A stretch of DNA of 64,000 nt from Blastocystis sp. subtype 4 (Eukaryota). Every line of letters starts with the position of its first letter. Positions within the stretch are counted from its first letter, which is position 1. The DNA is taken from assembly GCF_000743755.1 (NCBI RefSeq), contig NW_014569538.1:1-64000 (forward strand), read 5' to 3'. Positions 1-13,051 of the stretch are shown piece after piece. The notes under the pieces were generated by a model that saw only the letters and a program-made list of their open reading frames with translations, ran no database searches and was not told where the DNA came from. A program made the translations under genes and the position numbers.

Positions 1-978
1 CTATTTAGTAAGAACAATGAAATGCGAGAGACAAATGGATCATCCTACCCTCTGATGAGTTCTTCATATTCTCTTCCCAATTCCTCATTAGAGGGTATGT
101 GAATATGATTATGTATTGTGTATTACTCTCTCTCTACAATTCTATTCTATTCAAAAACTTATTCTATTGATATTGGGGATAGTTCATCGTTAGTAGTAAG
201 CATCAATTCTTTTCTCGTATCCTTTATTCATAAATCACTGGTAATCGATTATGCAAGTTTTTGGTACTATTTCATCAAACAGTACCGATCTTCAACTCTC
301 TGTCTTGTATAGTTTAGCTGTATTATTCATGTATTCTATATCCCCAAATTATATCCCATCGTCATGTTTCATTCACTTTTATGGACCCAGTTTCCGCTGT
401 AATTGTCGTTAGTATGAACGATAGAGCGTTTCATTACAAGGTATTCTTGCAGTCGGACTCATAGCTCTCTTTGCTGAATGTTGTGTATTAGTATGTCAGT
501 CCTGTCACAGACATCCACAACCGTTTGCACTTACTCTCCAAGTTATATTCAGATCGCGCCAGGTCTCTAGAGTGTTTCCATCACTCTCGAGGGCAGACAC
601 AAGAGAATGCTATACCACAGTAAGTTGGGAAATGGTATATAGACTGCAAAAATAATAATCTAGCTCAAAGAGTTTGAAGACTTTTCTGAAGATGATTGCT
701 GTCCGATATGCATTGAAGAATTTAAAGCACGCCCTACTGATCTTGTTGTAGAACTCATCTTAATTTGTGAGTTTTAGTGCCTTCTAGCTTGTAATCACGT
801 CTTTCACAAGAATTGCATTGATGAATGGATTCAGTACACAACTCTTTTCATTCTCACACCTAGTCGTAATAGTCTCTGTCCTTTATGTAAACATGATATG
901 TTCTCATTCTATTTGCCTCCCTCAAGGTCAACCGAAACCACTATCCAAGTAGCCGATACTTCGGCTGAGGCATCTTGA
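1..978 (+). CDS. RING-H2 E3 ubiquitin ligase with upstream hydrophobic segments (5' end uncertain or outside window)
   Basis: Spliced translation gives CCPICIEEF...CNHVFHKNCIDEWI...SLCPLCKHD; TGA at 976-978. Confidence 0.8.
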
Positions 979-1148
979 TTCTATGTTGAAACAAGCATTC
1001 TTTGTTGGAATACATTCGTATTAAGCGCGAAATTGTGTATCCATCAACAAACGTACGGTGATTCTTTAATTATCAATATGTCCAACACCTATTCCGATTT
1101 CTTCTTAGAATTGATACTTTCTGTGTATCTAACTCCATTTAATCGATC

Positions 1149-4069
1149 ATGTCGTTTTCAGAAAACGAACTGTCAGAGGGTGAAGAGGATCATGCTATGG
1201 ATAACATTCGTGCCATGCTCCAGGATTATTACGGAACTGATACCGGAGATGAAGTGAAGGAAGATGATTACTACGATATGGATAGTAAGGTGTTCGACAA
1301 AGACAAGTTTATTCCTGTATCATTCTTCTTTGAGAGTTACGTCTAGAAAATCCTTAAAGAGCAGTCTCTCCCAGATCTGATTAAGACGAACATTCGTGTT
1401 ATATCCGAGGCGAAGCAACTGGATTCGGACATGCAGAAACTGGTGTATGAAAATTACAGCAGGTTTATGAGTGCTTCGAAAACTGTTCGAACGCTTCAGG
1501 TACGGCCTGGGAGTGGTCTTAAAGTATAGGAAAATGTAGGTGACATGGAAACTCGAATGTCCAGTCTTCTTGAGAAGATTCAGGTGGTGACGACACTGAG
1601 CAATACTGTTGGCAGCAATCTTGATGCAAATCGAACCAAAGTGGACAAATTGGTGAGTGTAAAGCGACTGCTTAAGAAGCTCCAATTCCTATTCGATCTT
1701 CCATCTCGCTTACAACGGTAAATGTCAATAACTGGGTTCATATCTAGTTGTGTTGAGTTGGAGGCATACGATCAGGCTGTGGATTACTACACCTCCTCAA
1801 CACTAGTGTTAAATGATTACCGTCATATTAAGTCCTTTAATACTATTCAAGAAGCAGCTGATAGTATTATGAACAAGCTCAAATCTCAAATGCTTGTTGC
1901 TATCCAGGAGCCTGATATTCGTATGACTCAGTTGGAAGATTTTGTCCGTTTGCTTATGAAGTTGGGCCATCCTACAGAGGATCTCTTTACTATCTATTTG
2001 AACTATCATCGTTCTCATCTCCATGATATCATTGAGAAGTATCAGAAGTTGAAACCTTTGAGTGAGGATGAGAAGGAGATTATTGCATTGAGTGGTAGTG
2101 AGCAGGAAGTAGAGAGTGTTCGAGCCAAGCAAAGGGTTACAAATGATTATCCTTTGCTTCAGTTCATGTCAATGATTGAAAAGGTATGTGATTAGATGCA
2201 AGTATGATAGTAAGGAGTTCATTGATCTTCTTATTCATGTTTCTGTGGCATATACTGATATTTTCAAAGAGAATGAGGTAAGCAATAGTGAACTGTTTAA
2301 CACAAGTCATCACAAACATCTCTCATTGCCTTCACACAAGATCTGATGAAAAGGTATTTGGCTGCTGTTACTGATCGAATCTCTTCTGATGTCTCATATG
2401 AGGTGAAGAAGGTTATAGAGTCTCATTCCTAGCATGTCTTAGAAGACGATGCCATCTCTCCATTTGGAGAGATCCGCAGTGCTCTAGACCTTCTACATCA
2501 GCATGTGGTGAAGGTTGATAATATTGTCAGGAATACTGGCACTCTGCCTGTCATGCAGACACTTATCAAGAATACTGTGAAGACTCAGATGGCTGGATCC
2601 TTTGATATGGTACGTTCAGAGCTGGCTGAAGTCATTAAGACTGCGGATACCAAGGCTCAAGCCTTACCTTTGTGGATGGCTCCTAAGCCGGTTTCTGTAG
2701 CTGCACAACCGCCTGCTGAAGCCACTGAAACCATACAGCCAGCATCGGATGATCTGTTTTCAACAGGTCTTGCTCCAGTCCCTGGTGCAGGACCAATCAA
2801 TCTGGAGGAATCGAATGAAGTAGCTCCCCAGCCAGCACCTGCCCCTGAAGTGAAGGAAGAACCACGTGATACTGGTAGGAACAACTGTGGTTCTTGATTA
2901 GTAGTGGAATCAGTGGGTAAGTATGTATGTAGTCAGACCGAGATGCTGTTACACCGTGTTGTTGAGCGTCTACATAGTCTCTTATCTCTCTTACAGATGA
3001 CTGTTCCTGATTCTCTTGCTCTCTTCACAGAGTACTTCTATACTCAGATCCAACAGACGATCTTATGGCTGAGTGGTTTGCTTCTGAAGATTCAGAATAC
3101 ACCGCATCCTCTACTGTATGGAACCGACAACTCTGTGTTGCTGGCAGACACAGATCGCAAGTAATATTGAGCTGAGGGTCTGATTAATAGAAAGCAGACA
3201 GTATTCCTTAACGAGGCTCTCGTGCAGCAGCTTCCTCAACTCAACATCAGTGCTCGCTGTGCTCTTGGTCTGTTCAGTGGATGTCGAATGATTAGTCGGT
3301 CGGTGATCAAGTCTACTGTGCAGGTACTTGTTGACTACACTCCAGAGGATTCATCAATCAATCAGGTAGTTATTCGCAACTGGTCTAATCGTAGGAACGG
3401 TTGACTCTGGGAATGAATATCTCCGGACTGATTCAAGCGAGTAATGATGCTGCCAATGCGATGCTGCGTTGCTTCTGTGTCCTCTGTGCCAATCAGATGA
3501 CAGATGATTTCATCGAGCATGTGCTGAATGCCTCTGATCTCGAGGCCGCTGTGGCTTCTTCTACCATCCATAGTCTCCAATTAATGTTTACGGCTTTCCA
3601 GGACTGTAACGATGCTGTGGTCGATGCCATCACAGAGTTGGGTGCACCAGCATTAGAGACTCTTCTGCATGTAACACGAGAAGCAATATCAGCAGAAGAG
3701 AGTGAAATGTTCAGTTACATTGAGAAGGCTATGTCGTCTCGAATTCGTATTTTACCCCTGGAGTTGAAGCCAACAATGATGGATGTGGTGGGAAGCACTA
3801 TCAAGTTGTTTGTGAAGAATGTTCTCGAGGAGATCCGTTCAAATGTCATCTTTGAGTATCAGTACCACAATGTGATCATTAATCTGGCTTTTGTGTTATC
3901 GATGTCGAAAGCACTTCTTATGGATGTTACAGAGCTTCGAAATATGATTGAAGAGGTTGTGAAGACTGGATATGAGCGTTGTTTCGGCCCCACATTAGTG
4001 GAGGAAGATATCCAAAAGAAGGCCATTCAGGATGGAATGGATGCGTTTGAGAAGGAAACAAGATCATAA
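1149..4069 (+). CDS. VPS51: Vps51/Ang2 subunit of the GARP/EARP tethering complex
   Basis: LQDYYG...DMDSKVFDKDKF...KQLDSDMQKLVYENYSRFMSAS is the Vps51 N-terminal signature; multiple ~30-nt introns; TAA followed by TGTTTGTT at 4072. Confidence 0.85.
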
Positions 4070-4071
4070 CT

Positions 4072-4079
4072 TGTTTGTT
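4072..4079 (+). terminator. Blastocystis 3'-end processing motif TGTTTGTT (representative; recurs after most genes)
   Basis: Exact or near matches begin 5 nt after a base of the stop codon in Vps51, USP48-like, EXD2, the NPF protein, TM9SF and MAD1. Confidence 0.85.
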
Positions 4080-4105
4080 GAACATCTTCCCTCCATTCCA
4101 CAATT

Positions 4106-4741
4106 ATGAAGAAGAAGCGAAGGAATCTGCTTACCATTCGAGGGAGAGATGAGGACATTAATAAGAACGAGAGTAGTGGGGTTGTGAACAATGATGATGT
4201 GAATATCGTATGTACCGACATGGTAAAGCAGAGTCAGGTGGATAAGAGTGAAAATGAGAACATTGGAACTAATCTAGGACAAGATGAGATTTCCATTCCT
4301 TCAACGAAGGAGATCAAAAGTGAAACAAGTAAAACAGAAGCTCATTCTCAAGATAGTTCAACGGTTGCTATCCCCACTCCAGATAAACAAGTTGAGTTTG
4401 CTAGTGTGATCAGTAAGTGGAAAGAGAGGAAACAAGAATCTACAAGAGAGAAGTACTTTATCCGATGTTGTTTCTCAAAGGAATATCGAAAGTAAGGGTA
4501 CTCTACCATTTCATCATATATAAGGTATTCGAATCAGATTAAGGATGAGTCAATAAGGATGGTATTACCAACAGTTAACAAATATCATCATTCCGAACAC
4601 TTATTTAAATCAATTCCAGTCTTGGTGAACAGGCACAACCGTCCAGTGTATCCTTCTTCCTGGGATCGAGGAAGAAAAAGATCTGAAGAGTGCCAAATGT
4701 ATAAAAATGACGTAATAAAGCGAATTGCATCGATATTCTAA
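4106..4741 (+). CDS. Hypothetical protein
   Basis: Two ORFs joined by a probable GT-AG intron near 4492-4523; no recognisable motif. Confidence 0.4.
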
Positions 4742-4884
4742 ATGATCTTTTGTTGTTTCTTCATTGACCATAATTCCCGTGAAAGTACTATTCTCCTATA
4801 TTTGGACTCCAGAACTTGTTCCTATTCTCAATCAGTGGAAATAGAACCGATTTACGCACTTTTCATTTTTCTTCCAAATACACG

Positions 4885-6438
4885 ATGTACAGAACTGCTA
4901 GTATTGCAGCCAGAACATGTAATCGTTTTGCATCACGTCCGATTGTTAATAAGCGTGGTTTCGCTCTTGTGTATGCAATTGACTGTGTGGAATGAGAACT
5001 AGTAACGATATTTCTGTTCGCAAGAGAATGACAATTGGCCTATCTGGATTCACTGTTGTTGCTATTGGTACTTTCTATGGTTGCAGAGCCGTTTACAGAA
5101 ATCGAAAGGCGAAAAAGATGGCAAAGTTGACGGCGGCAAAGGAGTTAGTTCCTTCAGAACCCGTGATGCCTGTGATTCCTCCAACTGAAACTCCCGAGGT
5201 CGTTCCTGCGGAGGTTCCTTCTGAAGAAGTTGCTGTTAGTGAAGTACCTGTAGTTGAGGAGAAAGTCGAAGTAACGGAGACTGTCCCGGAAGTCACCGAA
5301 CCTGTACCTGAAGTAACAGAGACTACCTCAGAAATATCCACATCTGAGGAGACGACGACTGAAGCGATTCCTGTAACAGAAAAGGTATCCATTTCTGAGG
5401 AAGAGAAGTATCATCCTTGGTGGGAAGGAGTGAAGGAGGTTTCTGTCTTCCTTTCAGGAGATGAAATTACTATGCTGGATTCGAAGTTCCCTGCTACTCG
5501 TAATTACAAGTCGGGTTGTCACAACAAATGTTCATTTCTAGACCTCAGCGAAAGGTAACGTTGGCATACAATCCAAAACCTGAAGATGTTAATGAATATG
5601 GTCCTGTGATGGGAGATGAAGTTGAGATGAAAGTGATAGCGATGGTTTCAGATGAGCATGCCCAGGTTGTATGTCTTTGTAATTTGGCTTCATTATAGTT
5701 GGTATTGGATATAGGAAATGTCGAATCATGCTATCGTTATCCTCATATCGTTCTTTCTTGTGATGATGAAGATCGTACTTCAGCTTATTCTTCTGTGTAT
5801 GGTCGTCTGCTTGTTGATCGTGCTGTTATGGATGGACTGTTGATTGAGGAGTCAATGAATGCATATGTTCCAAAGGATAATGTTGAGAATGTGGAGGTGG
5901 AAGGATACTATTCCTATCCTGTGACTCATGTGAGTGTGAAGGATTTAAGAAACGAAGGAATTGTGTTGAAAGGAAAGCTGTGTACAGGCCGTGGAATGGA
6001 TTGTGAGAAATATGAGTAGGATTGTGATTACACGTTAATAGAAGGTGTACTGAAGCAAAGAATGATCGAGAGTGTAGCTGGTGTGTATTTATGAAGTCTG
6101 GACCTTGTTTCAAACCCTTCGAGTTGTGGCAGAAGTGTATTCTGGCTGTGAGCATGAACTTGAGGAATGAAATTTAGAATCAATCAGATGCTGACTCTTT
6201 CATTAAGAATTGTGGAGAGATCACAATGATACTCAAGGATTGTGTTGATGCTCATCCTGAGTATTATGGCAATCTCTCACAGCCACAGAGGGATGCTGAG
6301 TCTGAAGAAGCTACCAAAGAAGCCACGGAAAGTACTCCAGAGACTGAAGTTGTTGATGAGTCTCCAGTTCCTGAAGAGCCTCTCCCTGAATCTGAGGTAC
6401 CTACTATCAGTTCTCCTGCTGAGAACTCTTCAGAGTAA
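4885..6438 (+). CDS. Predicted MRO membrane protein: presequence, TM, acidic linker, degenerate 2H-like domain, GCK/Mia40-like CxxC + twin CX9C domain
   Basis: MYRTASIAARTCNRFASRP presequence; TM IGLSGFTVVAIGTFYGC; spliced C-terminus ECSWCVFMKSGPCFKPFELWQKC...NCGEITMILKDCVDAHPEYY. Confidence 0.75.
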
Positions 6439-6532
6439 AGAACATTTAGTTAAAACAAAGAATCGGACTGTTTGTTCTTCAGGAACAAGATACAACTAAA
6501 TATACACAGAAAACACATTAGATAGACTTCTT

Positions 6533-7892
6533 TCATACTTCCTCAGTATTACTTGGTTTATGAACATGAAAGAAGAGAATAATCACTGAAATATCATCCA
6601 TGGTTCTTCTATCCATCATCTTCATTATAATTCACTACAAACGAGCTCTTCGGACTAATTCATCACATGCATCTTCTCCAGTTTTCCCGTGGGATAAACA
6701 CTCTTTCACTATATTAATAGCCATTTGAAACGAAATAATTGAAAATAAGCCATCCGTAGCAATAATACAGAATTCCAAATCTACATCGCATTTGAAGACT
6801 ACCCCATACCTTTTGACAGTGGATATATCTCCACTTCAGGTTCTGCTATGACGATATCTTGATCAGGAGACAATAGTAATCTAATCATTACAATTCCATT
6901 TCTTCTTACTTCGGATCTCGATATGACTTTTTGAACCAAATATCACCAATTGATCTCGAAACGCCTAGCATATCTTCAACACGATTGTTAATCACGCGAC
7001 CTCCAGCAGACTATCTCTGACACTATTCAATCGAACTTACACAAATACGCTGATACTCGAAGCCAACATTGGGATTGTGTCGAAGAAGCGAATAGCAAGC
7101 ATGCCCATTAGAACTAAACACAATCCCACAATCTCCCAGACCAGCTAAAATGAGTTGATTGTTATGAATACAAAGGAGAGTAAGGACACATCCACAGCCA
7201 AGGTTACGCTGACGAGGTTCGATCATGTTCTTTCTTGAAGGGAAACAACATTTCTTCTTCGGAAACAGGATTTCCCGTAATTGAATGGCCTTCTCTTCAC
7301 AATACTCCTTATCTACATCTTGAAAAACAGTTTTGATCTCCGTTTGAATATCTTCAGGATTCGTAAGAAGAGTTCCAGCAATCCGATCAAACATCGTGTC
7401 ACAAACATATTCTGCGGCATCCCGACCTTGGTGGCCATCTAGTCTACTCATCACCTTTCTGATTCTCTCATACACTGAAGCAATAAATACTGCATCATCT
7501 GCAGACGACGTTTCCTTGATAAAGATCTCATCTTCATTGTCCTGATTCTCCCTCGTGTTCTATGGTGAAAAACAAAAGGCCAGACGGTACCTTTTCTTTC
7601 TTTGTGGAATAGGCGATTTGAAAAGCCATATTATACTCCTTCGTCTTGACATCGTGAATCGGATCCAGAGAGATTTCTGAATCTTCCACATTTTTCACCC
7701 GAAACACTGTGAACACCGTTTCCTCTACAATGAAGGCGACTCACAAGAAAGTACTCTCAGATTCCTCCATCGATTCAATATTCTGTAAAGACTACGAAAT
7801 AATGGAGTGGATCAACGTTTCACTTTCATCGTTGCTAATTGAAAACTTGGAACTCTTGTGGTAGTTGCGATTGATGAGGTTTGATTCCCCAT
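6533..7892 (-). CDS. Protein phosphatase 2C (PPM family), predicted N-myristoylated
   Basis: DGHQG, LGDCG, LGVSRSIGD, IIATDGL and DDISVI motifs; spliced N-terminus MGNQTSS. Confidence 0.85.
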
Positions 7893-7910
7893 ATTCTCAT
7901 CAATGCAACT
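7863..7910. repeat. 15-bp inverted repeat (one bulge) enclosing the PP2C start codon
   Basis: agttgc(g)attgatgag at 7863-7878 pairs with ctcatcaatgcaact at 7896-7910. Confidence 0.8.
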
Positions 7911-8033
7911 CAGTAAACCTTACGAGAGAATGCTTTTTCGCATTATCGGTGCAATGATACAATATCTTTGATTATCAAGGGATTGGAGGACCCACGGTTT
8001 TCTATCTCTTTATTGTTTCACTGTTTATTACGC

Positions 8034-11000
8034 ATGGATATCCAGTTTAAGTCTTACCATTCCTTCGATTATACCACGGTAAAGGCAGAACTGAACTCTA
8101 TCTTGAAAGAAAGGAGTTCACTCCATGAGAATCTTCAGGATATCGTATGAAATATGTTCAGTTGTGATGACATAGTCAAATCAAATATGGATATATGACA
8201 AGGATACAATTAGCGCTGTGAATCCTGTTGATTCATTGATTGCTGTTGCAAATAAGAATGTTCTTATTCTGATCGATATGGATAATACCGTTAAAACTGT
8301 TTCAAATTTATGATTATAGATTTGCTTTCAATCAGGGTTGTGTCAACGAACAGATGAAACTATTACTTCCTTGATATTTATTGATTCAGGGAGACTTCTT
8401 TTGGGGACTGTTTTGGGAAACATCTACATGTTGAGGTGTTACATAGTTCTGATCCATAGTCTTGACTGCACACTCAACCGGGTCATTTTCTTTTCGGATA
8501 TGGTCATGGGTCCTATTATTCAGATCCTCTCTTTTCAACAGGTATCTATTTCATATCTCATCAAGTCTAGTTCTATTGGTTTCTCTCAGATGATTCCATT
8601 CTCGTAAAGATTCCGCACACTGCTCTTCAATACTCCGTTGATTCCAATATTCATGCCTATATGGAGTGTACTGATCTACAGAATCTCCAGAGTGTAGAAT
8701 GCGGATCCATACCACAACAGCGCTACAAACTCTCTGGTCAAAAGATGATTCAACAGATCAGTCTCTCTGTTATCGCAACTCCTACCAATCGAATCAAAAT
8801 AACTTCCTCAGAGACATCAGAGACATCTACTTCAACTCCGGATTCTCCTTCTGTTCCAGAACCTACTTCATTTGAGGTATTAGCAATTGGTTCTCAACCT
8901 CTTCTCTGTACCTATCAGATATCTCGTGATTCCTCTGGATTATCGGTTGGAGCCATTGCTGTGAGCATGGCAAAGTCGATTTATGGGGCTGTTCGTAACT
9001 TAGCTGGGTAGGAATTCAAAGTACTATGAATGCTAGATGGGGTTGGGGTAAAAAGGAACCAGAACCGGAGACTCCAATCCCTCGCAGTCATACCGTGTAT
9101 AAGCAATTTGAAGTGGTCGATTCCAAGCGAGATGCAATGAATGTGTGGCTGAGTCCTTCGGGACAGTATGCTGTAATTAGTGATTCTCTGAGTCGAGTGA
9201 TGTGTTTGGATCTCCATTCAAATCTGATTCTTCATATGTGGAAAGGGTATCTTAGAGACAATAGATTTATTGTAGTTATCGTGATGTCCAGTGTCTATGG
9301 ACACATTCACTTCTAACATATCAGTCTCGGATTCTAGATATACCAATTCTTCTTCTCTTTAGTGAGAATCGTTGCTTTCTTGAGGGTTATCGTATTCCTT
9401 CTTTCTCTCGTGTTTTTAACAGACATTTCCCGTATCCGTATGTATGTGATCAATCAGTCTTATTTAGCTGCCATTGTGTCTCCTGTTCACTTGGGGAATT
9501 CATTGTTTATGATATCAAGGAACCAGATGGAATTGTAAGGACGAAGTGTGATCGAATCCAATTCACCTGTACCTTGGATTCCATTCAGAATGACAAAGAA
9601 CTTATTCAACAACATGATTTGATTCATAAGAACTCTGTGATCCGACTCTTGAAGAAGAGTGTGTTGGTTGCAACACAGTCTCAACAGTGTACAGAAATCA
9701 TGAGTATAAATGGCTTTTCTAACTAATCTCAAGATTTGATCCGTGATGAGATTCGTCACATTCACGATCCTCGTATGTATGTACGTCTCCTTGAAGACTG
9801 TTTTGATTGTGGGATCGACTTAACACACTCCTACACAGCACTTGTGGAGATGTGTGTTCATCAGATTCACCAGTTGGCTACAGCCTGTCAATTTAATGTT
9901 GGAGAACAAGAACTGGAGACAAAGGATGTAGAGCTGACAGATTCCAATGAAGGTAATGAATGCCTGATAAGATGATTCTTAGACGTATTACGACAATTAG
10001 ACTACTATACAACAGTAATCTCATGGTATTACGTTCTTCTTGATCAGCAGAAGAATCGATCACCTCAACCCTATTCAAGAGAGGATCATATACTTCATGA
10101 GGAGGAGATTCCTCGTTGGCAGAAGGCTTTTGAAGATCAATTCGTTTTGTCTCCTTCAACAGAATCATCAAGTGAATATTCGTATCGTGATTTGGCTCAA
10201 TGGGTTCAGTGTATTCAACCAGTAATCATTTCATTTGGTATAAAATTAGTCATTCCCATATCGAATTCGACCTGTTTCTTCTCTGTCACGAGCATCCCGT
10301 GCTATTCTGAACACCTTGCTTCTGGACTCCTTATTTGAGAATGAGAGTCTCTTTTGTAAGTTTTTCAAACAATTTGGAGATCCCACTTCTTCAGAAGGTT
10401 CATTCATTCCATTTCTCATTCAATGGATCATTCAACTTCCTATTCAGAGTATTCTTTTGGAACTAGTCTTCCCTAGATGTGGAAGACAACTTTTTCAAGG
10501 AATTTCTGTCTTCAATGACACGTCTTGTCTCCACTCTTACTGAAGGGTCCTTGAAGGAATCTGAAAGGGGTAAGAATAGAGACAGAGATGAATTTAAGAA
10601 TTAATCATCACTACTGTGAAAGGTTTGGCATCTCCAGGTCATGCCTTATTGCTTTGTCAACTTCTCCAAGCAGACATCAATGAGAATGAAACTGCCTTAT
10701 CTCTGATTCGTCAAGTACGTGCTGTAACAGTACTCTCTATGGCTGTCAAGTAAGAATGAATATGAGACTGAACAGTAGTTCACGTATCACAATCCATAAT
10801 GTGACAGAAAACACAGTTCAGTATTATCTTGCTTATCTCAATATTCCCGTGGAATACATTCGTTTCGATAATGAACATTTGTTCGTGTATTATTTTAACT
10901 TTGATATCTAGTTCCATTGATTTAGATAACTGGAGAAATTTGCAGGAAATTTCTCTGCATCCTCACTCCAATTATATCTCGTTACTCAGTATCTATCTCC

Positions 11001-12181
11001 CTGTGTCTTTATTTTACACCATTTTCGTCCAAATTATTGTCAACAAGCTCAATCGATTGGATGGTTCTGATTTCAATTATATTTTGCGAGTGCTAGGGTT
11101 ACTTCCTTCTTCGCGGCGCTATGCCTTTGCTCGTTTCTGTTGGCGAATGTCTTCTTGTGATTGATATTTGAGTGATAGAGTGGCATCATATGCTTCTGAG
11201 GCAATTGCTTCGGAGACTCGTCAAGTAGCTGAGATACCTTCATTCATTCAGTTTGTGACCAATACACAGAAGTAAGTGTGATCACGTTCTCTCATATAGA
11301 CTCCTTGAACTGATTCTTCAAGGTACGGATTCACTTCCCATTCCTGCTGAGGATGTATCGACCTCCGTTCAGTTGGAGGATTATCCTTTTCCTATTACTC
11401 AAGGCTGTTATGTGTCCATTGCTCAGGAGTATGGAACCCCACTGACAGAGTCCCAAGTCCAATCAGTCGAGGAAGCCGAACACATTGTAATAATTGCAGG
11501 CATTTCTGCCCAACTTCATATATCAAAAACTGTTCTAATTCCGCCACTTATCTATCTGTATCCTGATTGGGTAATTATTCTCTTTTCTCTTTATGGATAG
11601 AAATCTTATGTTATTCCTTCAATTCCTGATTATGTAACAACTCCAATTGATGAGCAGACTCGTCACCAGCGTACCAAGTTTGTGAAGCTTTGTTTGAATA
11701 TGAATTTGGAAGCCGGGCAACAGGCATATCAGGCCTTTGGAATGTCTGCAGCCTTCTTCAGTGTGTTGCGAGGATGTCAACATTTCCTAGCTGGAAAGGA
11801 TGATAAAGGAGATCGATTCTGTCGTAGTTCTGTTCAGGAACTCAATGAAGAGGAGAAGAAGGATTGTATCTATGAACTAACTTCTACGGTACAAGCTTTT
11901 GTTCAGGAGTCTATTCAATGGACTAATCAGAATAAACGAATTCGTCTCTTTGATTATCTTCCAGATCATTTGGTGAGTTGGCTTGATTCACACCCTTCTT
12001 CTGGAAGAGTCAGTTCTCCATCTATAACCACTTCAATATCGTATGCTTGGTATGATTGAGTGAGATGATAGAATGTTGAAGAGGATCAAAAAGTACATCC
12101 CAAATGATCTAGATGACTACAAAGTGATTACTGAATTGGTTGAAGCCTTGACAGAGTGTCTTAAGAAGATACAATATTCTT
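8034..12181 (+). CDS. RAB3GAP2: Rab3 GTPase-activating protein non-catalytic subunit-like
   Basis: LSPSGQYAVISDSLSRVMCLDL...LHMWKGYRDVQ matches the RAB3GAP2 N-terminal motif; stop probably created at T12181. Confidence 0.8.
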
Positions 12182-12222
12182 GTCATGTTTGGAACAAAAA
12201 CAATAAACTGATCATAGTACAA

Positions 12223-12959
12223 CTAATCCGAAATGCCTGGCCAGTCAGGCAAATAGCGATGATCTGGGTTAATCTGATTAATGTCAAAAAGTTCGATAAA
12301 TTGCTGATCCATAAACCGAGGTTTTGGCTCTGCGTAAAGCCGATACTCCCAGAGAATCGACGATAAGGACCATCCCTGAATCTAGTTCATTACACTCACC
12401 CGAACGTCCCTACTCGACGAATACAACCAACAACAGAGCCAGTTCGATGCTAAAAATAACTATTCAGGAGAATACATACCTTTCCACTGTTGCAGTGAAC
12501 AAGCATAGGAAGATTCCGGGTATCTGAAAATCAAAGAAAGAGGGTATCTGTACCCAAAATGAGATGCATCATCTCTACGACCATATCTGTAGGAATCTCT
12601 GTAAAAGGTTCCTATTCAATTATCTCGAAATAGATCGGACTTACCTTGTTACCAACTAGCGGATACTTAAACAGCTTGATATCAAATCGATTCATGAATT
12701 TGAGACTATCTTCCGGATATTCTTCAGGAACCAATACACTAAACAATAAGGAACAATTGAAAGAGGAGACAGAATTGATTTGATCCCTAAGTGATGTATG
12801 AAGGGAAAGTTCCGTTTTACAGGGAAAGCACCTTTAAAATAAACTCGAATACACTCAGGTACTTCGATACAATCCCTTTTCAATGACGGCAAAGTTGGTC
12901 GGAGGTATGAACTCGTCATTCATGGGGAGATAATCGTTATCCCCCGAACTTCGATCCAT
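12223..12959 (-). CDS. Siw14/PFA-DSP family atypical dual-specificity (inositol pyrophosphate) phosphatase
   Basis: PPTNFAVIEKGLYRSAFP; active site HCNSGKHRTG; QGWSLSSILWEYRLYA...DQQFIELFD. Confidence 0.9.
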
Positions 12960-13051
12960 AGAATCAGTGATGCTTCCTATTGAGGAATCAACGTGATTCT
13001 GATTGATCTCCAAAATTTCGTCCCTTTTTTGGTTTCCTTATAGAAAACAGA

